From positions 1,285 to 65,284 of the forward strand of contig DASTCJ010000114.1 in NCBI GenBank assembly GCA_035605575.1: 64,000 nucleotides of DNA, written 5' to 3'. This document shows, one piece after another, positions 18,732 to 28,122 of the stretch (position 1 is the first letter of the stretch; the number at the start of each line of letters is the position of its first letter). Source of the stretch: Candidatus Methylomirabilota bacterium. GTDB lineage: Bacteria; Methylomirabilota; Methylomirabilia; Rokubacteriales; CSP1-6. The notes beneath the pieces are model-generated. The model saw nothing but the letters and a program-made list of their open reading frames with translations, was not told the DNA's origin and made no database searches. The position numbers and the translations under genes were made by a program.

Positions 18732-19957
18732 CGCTGGTAGGTCACCCGGAAGATGGCCCCCGCGTAGTCGTCGGAGATCAGCAGCGAGCCGTCCTTCATC
18801 TGCTGCGTGTAGACGGGACGGCCCCAGAACTTGTCACCGTCGATCCAGCCCTCGGCGAATGTCTCGTACTTCGGTGCGTCGCCCGGGCGCATCGTGACCA
18901 TCATCACCTTGAAGCCGCTCTTCTGAGTGCGGTTCCACGAGCCGCGCTGGGCCAGGAACATGCGGTTTTTGTACTCCGCCGGAAACATCGAGCCCGTGTA
19001 GAACTGCAGACCGTTGCCGGCCACGTGCGGTCCCGTCTTCAGCAGCGGCGCCGCGAACTCCGCGCACGAGTGCCCCATGCCGAACTCGGGATCGAGGATG
19101 TCGCCCTGATGGCAGTAGGGAAAGCCGAAGTGCAGGCCCTTCTTGGGCGCATGATCCAGCCGATCGCTCGGCACGTCCTCGCCGAGCCAGTCCCGCCCGT
19201 GGGTCGTGAAGTACAGCTCCTTGGTCACCGGATGCCAGTCGAATCCCACGCTGTTGCGCACGCCGTGCGCGAAGTACTCGAAGCCTGTCCCGTCGGGATT
19301 CACGCGCGAGATGTTGGCGTGCGTGTCGGGAGGAATGCAGATGTTGCACGGCGCGCCGATGTTGAAGTACAGCTTGCCGTCGGGGCCGAACGCCAGATAT
19401 TTCCAACCGTGCGGCGCGTCCTTGGGCAGCGTGTCGTAGACGACCGTCATCGCCGGCGGAGTGTCGAGCTTGTCCTCGATCCCCTCCATTTTGGTGATCC
19501 GATGGATCTCCGCGATGTAGAGCGCGCCATCCTTGAAGGCGATGCCGTTCGGCAGATTGAGACCCTTGGCGATGGTCTTGACCTCGCGGCTGCTGCCCTT
19601 GTCGAGCACGGCATAGACGTTGCCAGCCACACGGCTGGAGACGAACAGCGTGCCCTTGTCCCCCCAGGTCATCACGCGCGCGTTGTTGATCCCCGTGGCC
19701 CACAGGCTGACCTTGAAGCCGCTCGGGACCTTCAGCTTGTCGACCGGGATCTCGCCGGCCGCCTTCGGCGCCGGCGGTTGCGCATGCGGGGACAGTGGCG
19801 AATTCGCGAGCCCGCTCGGCTGGCCCTGCTTCCACGACGGCGGCGGGGCCGACTGCTGCGCCTGCGCGAGCGGCAATCCCAGCGACGCTGCCCCGAGCGC
19901 GAGAAGGGTGACGAGCAGCACGACGACGTGTGCCATGGCGCGGCCTCCAGTTCGCAC
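18728..19957 (-). CDS. PQQ-dependent sugar (sorbosone-type) dehydrogenase
   Basis: 409-aa ORF with a signal peptide and a beta-propeller dehydrogenase pattern (GLNLPNGIAF, HGVRNSVGFDWHP, FGFPYCH). Confidence 0.85.
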   Translation of the reverse strand: MRTGGRAMAHVVVLLVTLLALGAASLGLPLAQAQQSAPPPSWKQGQPSGLANSPLSPHAQPPAPKAAGEIPVDKLKVPSGFKVSLWATGINNARVMTWGDKGTLFVSSRVAGNVYAVLDKGSSREVKTIAKGLNLPNGIAFKDGALYIAEIHRITKMEGIEDKLDTPPAMTVVYDTLPKDAPHGWKYLAFGPDGKLYFNIGAPCNICIPPDTHANISRVNPDGTGFEYFAHGVRNSVGFDWHPVTKELYFTTHGRDWLGEDVPSDRLDHAPKKGLHFGFPYCHQGDILDPEFGMGHSCAEFAAPLLKTGPHVAGNGLQFYTGSMFPAEYKNRMFLAQRGSWNRTQKSGFKVMMVTMRPGDAPKYETFAEGWIDGDKFWGRPVYTQQMKDGSLLISDDYAGAIFRVTYQR

Positions 19958-19996
19958 GAGAGTGGCGCAGTAAGTACTACCCGCTGACGGTGATTG

Positions 19997-21073
19997 TCAA
20001 CGGGCGCTCACGTCGACCCACGTGCGCCGGACGATGGAGTCCAGCACCGCATCGAGGACGAGCTGCGCGGCGAGGCCGTCGGCGAGGGACGGCGTGGCCG
20101 CCCCGCCCTCGCGGATTGCGCGCAGCATCTGGCCGGCGAGTGGCGCGATGGTGGCCTTGCCGAGCACGTCCATCTGGTCGCCGCCGTCGACGGTCGGCGC
20201 CGGCACCGCCACCGGTTGAAAGCCGCCGCCCGCGGATGCGGCGGTGAGCTCGCCGGCATACCAGTGCGGTTGCTCGCGGCTGAGGCGATACGCGAGCGCG
20301 CCGCGAGTGCCGTAGATCTCGAGCATGTGGTCGTTGCGACCGTGCGCGGCGCGACTCACGGCGAGCGTGGCCTCCGCCCCCGAGGCGAGCTCGACGAGGA
20401 CAGCGGCGTAATCCTCGGCGTCGGCCGTCTTCGACGTGCCGGGGACGGCCCGGGGATAGGCAATGCCGCCGTGGGCCACGACACGTCGGACATCACCGCA
20501 CATCCAGCGCACGAGGTCGACGAGGTGCACGCCCATGTCGCCCATGGCGCCGTGACCCGCCTGCGCGCGGTCCATCCGCCACGTCGCTGCGCTCGCCTCG
20601 TCGGCCCAGCGCGCACCGAACCAGCGCCCGCTCACGTGCAGAACGCGGCCGACGAAGCCCTGCGCCATCATCGCGTGCATCCGCTGCATCGCCGCCGGGA
20701 ACCGCCAGTTGAAGCCCGTCATGGCCACCCGGCGGGCGCGCGCGGCCGCATCGACCATCGCGCGCGCTTCCACCTGCGTCATCGCCACCGGTTTCTCGAC
20801 CAGCACGTGGACGCCGGCATCGAGCGCGGCGAGCGTGATGTCGTGATGCAGGTGCGGAGGCGTGGCGATGACGACGATGTCGGGCCGCGCGCGCTCGAGC
20901 AGGTCCTGCCACCGCGCGAATACCTCCGGCACGCCGTAGGCGTCGGCGATCTTCTTCGCCGTGGCCTGATCGCGCTGGCACACCGCGACGACGCGACAGC
21001 CCTGTGACTGGAAGGCCGGGATGTGGGCGCGGCCGAAGCCGAGCCCGATGACGGCAACGGTTGGGGCGGACAT
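19997..21073 (-). CDS. Gfo/Idh/MocA family oxidoreductase
   Basis: 358-aa ORF with a Rossmann N-terminus (VAVIGLGFGRAH) and the VLVEKPVAMT motif. Confidence 0.9.
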   Translation of the reverse strand: MSAPTVAVIGLGFGRAHIPAFQSQGCRVVAVCQRDQATAKKIADAYGVPEVFARWQDLLERARPDIVVIATPPHLHHDITLAALDAGVHVLVEKPVAMTQVEARAMVDAAARARRVAMTGFNWRFPAAMQRMHAMMAQGFVGRVLHVSGRWFGARWADEASAATWRMDRAQAGHGAMGDMGVHLVDLVRWMCGDVRRVVAHGGIAYPRAVPGTSKTADAEDYAAVLVELASGAEATLAVSRAAHGRNDHMLEIYGTRGALAYRLSREQPHWYAGELTAASAGGGFQPVAVPAPTVDGGDQMDVLGKATIAPLAGQMLRAIREGGAATPSLADGLAAQLVLDAVLDSIVRRTWVDVSAR

Positions 21074-21104
21074 GAAAACGGTCTCCTTTCAGGCTGCCAG
21101 CAGC

Positions 21105-21626
21105 TCAGGCTCCGAGCAGCCAGCCGGCTACTCCGGCCACGATGATGACGAGCATGGGCGGCAGCCAGCGCAGGGTCAGCGCTGCCGCCGTGCCGAGCGC
21201 GAGCGCCACCGTCAGCGCGTCGTGGAGCGCGGACTGCGCCAGGGTATACACGCCGGCCGCCATCAAGCCCATGCCCACGGGCGCCAGCGCGTGCTCGATC
21301 GCCTCCGCCCATCGGTGCGCGCGCCAGCGCTGCCAGCGGTCCGCGACGAACATGGCCAGGGCGGACGTCGGCAGGAACATGGCGACCGTCGCCACCAGCG
21401 CGCCGGGCACGCCGTGCGCTCGATAGCCGACGAAGGCGGCGATCAACATGTTGGGGCCCGGCGTCAGCTGCGCCAGCGTGTAGCCGTCGACGAACTCGCG
21501 CGAGGTGACCCAGTGATGGTGCGCGACGACCTGGCGGTGCATCTCGGGGATCACGCCCACACCGCCGCCGACGCAGAGCAGGCTCAGCCAGAGGAACGTC
21601 CACGCCATCACCAGCACGTCGGTCAT
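21105..21626 (-). CDS. chromate transporter family protein (short-chain CHR, second half-size paralogue)
   Basis: In-frame ATG at 21626 within track ORF 21105..22169. Sequence: MTDVLVMAWTFLWLSLLCVGGGVGVIPEM...FVDGYTLAQLTPGPN. ATGA overlap with the upstream paralogue. Confidence 0.85.
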   Translation of the reverse strand: MTDVLVMAWTFLWLSLLCVGGGVGVIPEMHRQVVAHHHWVTSREFVDGYTLAQLTPGPNMLIAAFVGYRAHGVPGALVATVAMFLPTSALAMFVADRWQRWRAHRWAEAIEHALAPVGMGLMAAGVYTLAQSALHDALTVALALGTAAALTLRWLPPMLVIIVAGVAGWLLGA

Positions 21627-22129
21627 CTGCGCGGAGCCGGACGGTACAGCCATACGCTCAGCGCCGCGCTGACGACGAGCACGAGCGCGGTGTTGAGACG
21701 CAGCGGGCCAACGGCGGCAAACGTGCCAAACGTGATCACCACCGCCCGCGCGGTCACCAGCACCGGACGCATCAGGCGGATGCTCGTCACCAGCAGCAGA
21801 CCGACCACGGCGGCCGACATGCCGTGCAGCAGTGACACGGCGGTCGGCGCCAGGCCGTGGCCGAAGTAGAGCGTGGCGAGCGTGAGCAGGACGGCGAGAC
21901 CCGGCACGATCACGGCCAGCAGCGCCCAGCCTGCGCCGGGAAATCCGGCGAGGCGATGACCGAGGGTGATGGCGAGATTCGAGACGTTCGGGCCGGGCAA
22001 GAGCTGCGCCAGCGTGTAGTCCTGCACGAACTCCTCGGTGCGAAGCCAGCGCCGCCGGACCACCAGCGCTTCGTAGAAGAAGGCGGCACGCCCGCCGCCG
22101 ATGCTGAGAATTCCAGTCCACGTGAACAC
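21623..22129 (-). CDS. chromate transporter family protein (short-chain CHR, first half-size paralogue)
   Basis: 168-aa ORF: ...LSIGGGRAAFFYEALVVRRRWLRTEEFVQDYTLAQLLPGPN. The N-terminus is probably longer. GGGGAGG (22169-22175) sits 6 nt before an in-frame ATC at 22162. Confidence 0.8.
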   Translation of the reverse strand: MFTWTGILSIGGGRAAFFYEALVVRRRWLRTEEFVQDYTLAQLLPGPNVSNLAITLGHRLAGFPGAGWALLAVIVPGLAVLLTLATLYFGHGLAPTAVSLLHGMSAAVVGLLLVTSIRLMRPVLVTARAVVITFGTFAAVGPLRLNTALVLVVSAALSVWLYRPAPRR

Positions 22130-22196
22130 ACGCGTCAGCAGCGCGAGCGGGATCGGACGGATCGTGCACCTCCCCGGGCGTCGCCCGCGCGCTATC

Positions 22197-23543
22197 TTAC
22201 GCGAGCCACGACAGCAGCGCGGTGGCGAGCATCAGGAAGATGGCCACGCCGACCACATCCTGCAGCGCCGTCTCGAACGGCCCGGCGGTGAGCGCGGGGT
22301 CGAAGCCGAGGCGCTTGGACAGCATCGGGATGAGCGTGCCGGCGATGCCCGAGAGGTTCACCGACACGAACATGGAGCTCGCCACCACCACGCCGAACAT
22401 CAGCGTGCCGTGCCACACGGCGCCGATGATGCCGACCACCACCCCGCACACGGCTCCGATGATCGAGGACGTCTGGATCTGCCGCAGCAACGGCTGCCAC
22501 CAGCGGGCGAGCTGCACGTGGCCGGTGGCGAGGCCGCGGACGACCATCGTGACCGACTGCAGCCCGGTGTTGCCGGAGATGGCCTGGATGACCGGCATGA
22601 ACGACGCGAGCAAGATCACGCGTGCGAGGGTCTGATCGTAGTAGTGGATGATCGCGCCGGCGGCGAGCTCGATGAGGAGCGTGGCCATGACCCACGGCAG
22701 TCGCAGCAGGGCGATGCGGGGCGGTGAGCGCCGCTCCAGCTCCGCGGCATCCGAGCCCGCCAGGCGAAAGATATCTTCGGAGGCCTCTTCGCCGAGCACG
22801 TCGATGACGTCCTCGACGCTGATGGTGCCCAGCAGGCGACGATCCGCGTCCACCACCGGCACGGCCACGAGATCGTACTTCGCCACCACCCGCGCCACGT
22901 CTTCCTGGTCCGTCTCGGCGCTGACACTGACGACGCTCGGCTCGCGGATGGCCCAGACCGGCGTCGTCGGTGCCGCCGTCAACAGCCGGCGCAGCGGCAC
23001 GACGCCGACGAGATGGCCGTGCTGATCCACCACGTAGAGCTCGAAGCCGCGCCCTTCCGGCGCCGACTTGCGGATGCGCTCGATCGCCTCCGCGACGGTC
23101 GCCGACTCCTTCACGGCGACGGCGTTCGGGGACATGAGCCGGCCGGCCGTGTCCTCGGGATATTCGAGCAGCTCCTGCACGTCCTCGGAGTGCTCGTCCT
23201 TCATCAGCTCGAGCAGATTCTCGGCCTGCGCGCTCGGCAGCTCCTCCACGACCTCCGCCGCGTGGTCGGGCGGCATCTGCTCGAGGATGCGCGACACCTC
23301 GACCTGGTCGAGAGCCTGCACGAGATCGAGCAGCGTCTGGTCGTCGAGCTCGGAAAGGACCTCGCCCGCGCGTTGCGGGGTCAGGAGCCGAAAGACGGTC
23401 ACCTGACGCTCGAGCCGTAGATCGCGGAGGATGTGTGCGACGTCGGCGGGGTGGGCGGCGTTCAGGAGATCGATCAGCTTGTGACGATCGCCCTGCTCGA
23501 TGAGCGCGTGGACCGTCTCGAGTCGCCGCGCGCTGTCCTCCAT
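22197..23543 (-). CDS. mgtE: magnesium transporter MgtE
   Basis: 448-aa ORF with an MgtE N-domain, a CBS pair and a TM domain ending ...GFDPALTAGPFETALQDVVGVAIFL. Confidence 0.95.
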   Translation of the reverse strand: MEDSARRLETVHALIEQGDRHKLIDLLNAAHPADVAHILRDLRLERQVTVFRLLTPQRAGEVLSELDDQTLLDLVQALDQVEVSRILEQMPPDHAAEVVEELPSAQAENLLELMKDEHSEDVQELLEYPEDTAGRLMSPNAVAVKESATVAEAIERIRKSAPEGRGFELYVVDQHGHLVGVVPLRRLLTAAPTTPVWAIREPSVVSVSAETDQEDVARVVAKYDLVAVPVVDADRRLLGTISVEDVIDVLGEEASEDIFRLAGSDAAELERRSPPRIALLRLPWVMATLLIELAAGAIIHYYDQTLARVILLASFMPVIQAISGNTGLQSVTMVVRGLATGHVQLARWWQPLLRQIQTSSIIGAVCGVVVGIIGAVWHGTLMFGVVVASSMFVSVNLSGIAGTLIPMLSKRLGFDPALTAGPFETALQDVVGVAIFLMLATALLSWLA

Positions 23544-23579
23544 GCCCTCAGTGTGACGGGGCGGGCAAGCGGCGGGACG

Positions 23580-24269
23580 TCAGCGCCGGGCGATCTCCGC
23601 GAGCACGCGTCGCCAGTAGGCGCCGTCCGGCGAGTGCGGGCCGTAGAAGTTGGCGACGGCGCGCGCGCGGCTCTCCGCGTCGGCGCGACCGTATTCGTGC
23701 ACCATCCAGGACGCCGTCGCGCGCTCCGGCGACGACGGCGCCGCCGCTTCGCGCTCGGGGCCGGCGCGCGTCGCCGCGGGCACGCGCGCCTGCTCGCCTC
23801 CCCGCGTCCGCGGCGGACGCTCGGGCGGCGCCGACGGCGGGACCTCGGCAGCGCGAGCGGGCGCCGCCATCGGCTCGTGAGCCGCGGACGACGCGGCGGG
23901 CGACGTGATCGATGCCGCTGCATCGTCCGTCACGGACGGCTCGCCGCTCGGCGTACGTTCGGACGTCGGCGCCGACACGACGGCGGGACGCTCGGCACCT
24001 GCGGCCGACGTGGCGCTCTCGATGTCGGCGGTCGGTGCCGTGGCCGGACGCGCGGCCATCGTGGCGGACGACGTCGTCGCGCGCGCCGCGACCAGTGCGC
24101 GTCGTAACTCCGTGACCCGCACGGCGAGGAGCACGTTGGAGACGGCGAGCGCCAGGCATCCGACGCTCAGAACGATGATGAGCAGGCGCCGACCACCACG
24201 GGCGGGCTCGGGACCTTCCTCGACGTGCTCCTCCAAGGTGTCCTCATAGGCCATGAATGCCATGGGCAT
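23580..24269 (-). CDS. hypothetical single-pass membrane protein with an Ala/Pro/Ser-rich linker
   Basis: 229-aa ORF with a TM helix (RLLIIVLSVGCLALAVSNVLLAV), a low-complexity middle and a short conserved-looking tail (WMVHEYGRADAESRARAVANFYGPHSPDGAYWRRVLAEI). Confidence 0.5.
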   Translation of the reverse strand: MPMAFMAYEDTLEEHVEEGPEPARGGRRLLIIVLSVGCLALAVSNVLLAVRVTELRRALVAARATTSSATMAARPATAPTADIESATSAAGAERPAVVSAPTSERTPSGEPSVTDDAAASITSPAASSAAHEPMAAPARAAEVPPSAPPERPPRTRGGEQARVPAATRAGPEREAAAPSSPERATASWMVHEYGRADAESRARAVANFYGPHSPDGAYWRRVLAEIARR

Positions 24270-24428
24270 GCAACGGACGTGCTAGCGACTTCGATGCGCT
24301 GCAAGTCCGTGATTAGCCCCCGGTCCGCCGATGTCTCCCGGGAGCCGACTGTGCGGGCCCTTGCATGGGTTGTGTCCTCGCGGTCACAATCGACGAGGTC
24401 TCGGCGGTCCGAACGAAGGAGGCCTCGG

Positions 24429-25844
24429 ATGCGTATCGCTCGCTGGCTGCCAGCCCTGCTCGTCGGCCTCGTGCTCGCCGCTCCCGGCGTCGCGCTGTCG
24501 CCGCGGAGCGAAGCGCAGAACATGCGCCTGCTCGGCCATCACGACCTGCAGGCGCGCTCGGCATACCAGCCGGTGATTCATCGCCAGGGCGAGCGGTTCA
24601 TCGCGTACGTCGGCCATCACGGCGGCACGAGGCCGAATCCGCTGACGGGTCGTGACGAGCTGAACGGCACGTCCATCCTGGATGTCAGCGAGCCGCGCGC
24701 GCCGAAATACCTCGCGCACATTCCCGGCGCGCCCGGCGACGCCGAAGCGGGCGGTGCCTCGATGGTACGCGTGTGCGACGGCCGCACGCTGCCGCGCGCC
24801 GACCGCACGAAGACGTATCTCTTGCGAACGCTCGGACCGCTCGCGCACGAGGTGTGGGACGTGACGGAGCCGACACGGCCCACGCATCTCACCACGGTTG
24901 TCTCCGGCCTCGGTCACACGCACAAGAACTGGTGGGAGTGCGACTCGGGCATTGCCTATCTGGTTTCGGACGGGCGCCCGGCCGGATGGCGGACCAATCG
25001 CATGACGAAGATCTACGATCTCGGCGATCCCGCGCGCCCGCGCTTCGTTCGCGACTTCGGTCTCGCCGGGCAGGAGCCGGGCTCGACCGGCACGGCGCCG
25101 GAGGGCGTGCACGGCCCGATCGCGCTGAAGAACCGCGTCTACTTCGCGTACGGCACCGGCGCGCGCGGTGTGCTGCAGATCGTCGACCGCGCGCGGCTGC
25201 TCGCCGGCGATCCAGGGTCGCCGGCGCCGTTGGCGCCGACCGCGGCGAACTTGCGCTATCCCGAGGTGGGACGCCTCGACATGGCGCCCGACTGGGGCGG
25301 CCACACGAGCTTTCCGATCCTCGGCCTGACCGTCACCGAATTCATGGCGAGCAGCAAGGGTGTGGTGCGTGACTTCGTCCTGCTCGTCTCCGAGTCGCTG
25401 CGGAACGAGTGCCAGGAGACCCGGCAGCTGAGCTTCCTCGTCGACATCACCACCGAGTCGAAGCCGTTTCCCGTGAGCACGTTCCAGGTGCCGGCCGGCG
25501 ACTTCTGTGAGCGCGGTGGTCGCTTCGGCCCCCACTCGTCCAACGAGTCGTTTGCGCCCGTGTATTACGGTAAGGTCGTGTTCATCGCGTACTTCAACGC
25601 CGGCGTGCGGGCGGTCGACATCCGCGATCCGTTCCGCCCGCGTGAGGTCGGCTACTTCATTCCGGCCGTGACGCCGAACACCGATCGCCGGTGCGTGGAG
25701 GTCTTCGGCGCGTCGCGGTGCAAGATCGCAATCCAGACGAACAACGTCGAGATCGACGAGCGCGGATACGTCTATCTCGCGGATCGCGCCAGCACTGGAC
25801 TGCACATCGTCGAGCCCACGGGGCCGGCGCGGGGAGGATCGTGA
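24429..25844 (+). CDS. secreted beta-propeller protein, LVIVD-repeat-like
   Basis: Internal ATG of track ORF 24225..25844, with AAGGAGG 6 nt upstream. It has a signal peptide (MRIARWLPALLVGLVLAAPGVA) and repeats such as GYVYLADRASTGLHIVE. Confidence 0.7.
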   Translation: MRIARWLPALLVGLVLAAPGVALSPRSEAQNMRLLGHHDLQARSAYQPVIHRQGERFIAYVGHHGGTRPNPLTGRDELNGTSILDVSEPRAPKYLAHIPGAPGDAEAGGASMVRVCDGRTLPRADRTKTYLLRTLGPLAHEVWDVTEPTRPTHLTTVVSGLGHTHKNWWECDSGIAYLVSDGRPAGWRTNRMTKIYDLGDPARPRFVRDFGLAGQEPGSTGTAPEGVHGPIALKNRVYFAYGTGARGVLQIVDRARLLAGDPGSPAPLAPTAANLRYPEVGRLDMAPDWGGHTSFPILGLTVTEFMASSKGVVRDFVLLVSESLRNECQETRQLSFLVDITTESKPFPVSTFQVPAGDFCERGGRFGPHSSNESFAPVYYGKVVFIAYFNAGVRAVDIRDPFRPREVGYFIPAVTPNTDRRCVEVFGASRCKIAIQTNNVEIDERGYVYLADRASTGLHIVEPTGPARGGS

Positions 25845-26176
25845 TGGCGGGCGTCAAGGACTCGAGCGGACTGTACGAGGTGGAGCGGCGCGCGCGCCAC
25901 GCCGAGCGGCCTGGCTTTCGGATCACCGAGCTGCAGATCTCGCCGACACAGCAAGTGCCCTGGCATTTCCACACGAACATCCAGGACACCTTCTACGTGC
26001 TGGACGGCGAGCTGCGCCTGTTCCTGCGCGATCCCAAGGAGGATGTCCGTCTGCGGCCGGGAGAGACGTACGCCGTCCGGCCCGGTCGCGCGCATCTCGT
26101 GACGAACCCCGGACCGCGCTCGGCGACCTTCCTGGTGCTGCAGGGCATCGGCGACTACGATTACGTGAGCGTCTAA
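25844..26176 (+). CDS. cupin domain protein
   Basis: Internal ATG (TGATG overlap). It has the cupin motifs PWHFHTNIQDTFYVLDGEL and PGRAHLVTN. Confidence 0.8.
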   Translation: MAGVKDSSGLYEVERRARHAERPGFRITELQISPTQQVPWHFHTNIQDTFYVLDGELRLFLRDPKEDVRLRPGETYAVRPGRAHLVTNPGPRSATFLVLQGIGDYDYVSV

Positions 26177-27321
26177 CGCAGCGAGCGGAAGAACGCGCGG
26201 ATGTCTTCCGCGAGCGCCTGCGGCTCTTCGAGCGCGGCGAAGTGGCCGCCGCGCTTCATCGATGTCCACCGCCGCAGGTCGGTGTAGATCCGGCTGGCCC
26301 ACGTGCGGGGCGGATGGAGGATCTCGCGGGGGAACTCGGCATAGGCACACGGCGCCGTCACCGGACGTTTGTCGCTGATCGGCCACGGCGCGTGGCGCCG
26401 GGCGAAGTACGGCCAGAAGGATGAGTTGATGGCGCCGGTCACCCAGTAGAGCGTCACGTTGTCGAGGACGACGTCCCAGCCGAATCGCTTCTCGACGTCG
26501 CCGTCGCAGTCGCTCCACGTGCGAAACTTCTCGAGAATCCACGCAGCGAGTCCGGTGGGCGAATCCGTGAGGCCATAGGCCAGCGTCTGTGGCTTCGTGC
26601 CCTGGATCCACTGATAGGCGGTCTCGTCGCGCGACCACCGCGCGAGCTCGTCGAGATAGCGACGCTCGTCCGGACTCGGCGAGGACGAGGCCACGGGATC
26701 GCGCGGCACTGCGAGCAGGTTGACGTGCACGCCGAGCAAATGGTCGGCGTGCGCGGCCCCCAGATACGAGGTGATGAAGGCGCCCCAATCGCCGCCCTGC
26801 GCGGCGAACCGGCGGTAGCCGAGCACGTCGGTCATCAGCGTCGCGAAGAGATCGGCCATCTCGGTCACGCCCAGGCGGCGCTGATTCGGCCGGAACGAGA
26901 ACGTATAGCCGGGAAGCGACGGCGCCACCACCGTGAAGGCGTCGGCGGGGTCACCGCCGAAGCGACCGGGGTCGGTGAGCAGCGGAATGATCTCCTGGAA
27001 CTCCACGATCGAGCCGGGCCAGCCGTGCGACAGCAGGAGTGGCGTCGGTGCCGGCCCCACCCCCGGCTCGTGGATGAAGTGAAGCGGGATGCCGTCGAGC
27101 TCGACGGTGAACTGTCGCAGACGATTGAGCGCGGCCTCGCGCGTGCGCCAGTCGTACCGGTCGCGCCAGTGCGCGACGAGGCACTGCATGGTCGCGAGAT
27201 CGGTGCCGTACCGCCACGGCTCGCCCGGAATCTCGTCGGGCCAGCGCACGCGCGCGAGCCGCTCGCGCAGATCGGAGAGCACCTCATCGGCGACGTGGAT
27301 CGTGAACGGCTGCGGCTTCAC
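26173..27321 (-). CDS. epoxide hydrolase (alpha/beta hydrolase with an EHN N-terminal domain)
   Basis: 382-aa ORF with HGWPGS, GGDWGA and an N-terminal FTIHVADEVLSDLRERL block. Confidence 0.9.
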   Translation of the reverse strand: MKPQPFTIHVADEVLSDLRERLARVRWPDEIPGEPWRYGTDLATMQCLVAHWRDRYDWRTREAALNRLRQFTVELDGIPLHFIHEPGVGPAPTPLLLSHGWPGSIVEFQEIIPLLTDPGRFGGDPADAFTVVAPSLPGYTFSFRPNQRRLGVTEMADLFATLMTDVLGYRRFAAQGGDWGAFITSYLGAAHADHLLGVHVNLLAVPRDPVASSSPSPDERRYLDELARWSRDETAYQWIQGTKPQTLAYGLTDSPTGLAAWILEKFRTWSDCDGDVEKRFGWDVVLDNVTLYWVTGAINSSFWPYFARRHAPWPISDKRPVTAPCAYAEFPREILHPPRTWASRIYTDLRRWTSMKRGGHFAALEEPQALAEDIRAFFRSLR

Positions 27322-27385
27322 GCGCCGATTATAGACGAGCCTCGGTGGGGGCGCGTCGGCGCCCCCACCGGATCGAGAACGGTGC

Positions 27386-28021
27386 TTACTTCACGACGGG
27401 GGCGCAGGTGCCGAAGTTCGTCCCGCCGACGGGCGCATACGCGCCGCCGCACCACGGGACGGCGACGAGGGCGGCGGGGATGGCCGCCGGCACCGGCGCC
27501 GGGCCGAGCACGATCTGCGAATTGATGTCTCGCGCGAGGGCGAGGTGCTCGCGGAGCGTCGGAAGCGTCCTAGCCGCCCACGTGCGAACATCCATGTCAC
27601 GCGCCGTCTGAGACGCCTTCTCGAACTCTGCAACGTCTTGCGTGTGATCCTTGACCATCTCCTGCATGTAGGCGCGATCGAAATCGGGGCCCTGCAGCGC
27701 CATCAGCCGATCGCGGACGGCCTGATGCTCGGCATCGAGGGCGGTCGGCACCTGGATGCCCTTCGACCTCGCGAGCGTCGCCAGCTCCGCGTTCGCGGCG
27801 CCGTGATCTCTCACCATCTTGGCGCCGAAGTCCTTGACGGCGGGACGAGAGGCGCGCTGGGTCGCCAGCGTCCCGAGCTGCACCTCGGCAGCGCCGCCGA
27901 CGGCGGCTGTCTCGATGAACTCGCGATCCGCGTCGCTGAGGCTCTGGGCGCCCGCCAGACCGGCGAGGCCGAGCAGCGTCGCGGCGATGAAGCTGACAGC
28001 AGTAACGGCTTTCATGGCCAC
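27386..28021 (-). CDS. DUF4142 domain-containing periplasmic protein
   Basis: 211-aa ORF with a signal peptide and the repeated pattern DREFIETAAVGGAAEVQLGTLA / FDRAYMQEMVKDHTQDV. Confidence 0.85.
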   Translation of the reverse strand: MAMKAVTAVSFIAATLLGLAGLAGAQSLSDADREFIETAAVGGAAEVQLGTLATQRASRPAVKDFGAKMVRDHGAANAELATLARSKGIQVPTALDAEHQAVRDRLMALQGPDFDRAYMQEMVKDHTQDVAEFEKASQTARDMDVRTWAARTLPTLREHLALARDINSQIVLGPAPVPAAIPAALVAVPWCGGAYAPVGGTNFGTCAPVVK

Positions 28022-28122
28022 TCCTCCTCGGGGGGTAATCCTGTCGGTTCGCGCGTCGCAAGACGAGTGCCACCGAGGTGCGGTACAGTGACCCGGGCCC
28101 TACGCCCGAAGGGAGAGCGGAT

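Noticed and set aside
21105-22169. Single 354-aa chromate transporter ORF as given in the track
   Set aside because: Its first ~180 residues are out-of-frame junk. The locus is better explained by two half-size CHR genes in different frames overlapping at ATGA 21623-21626.
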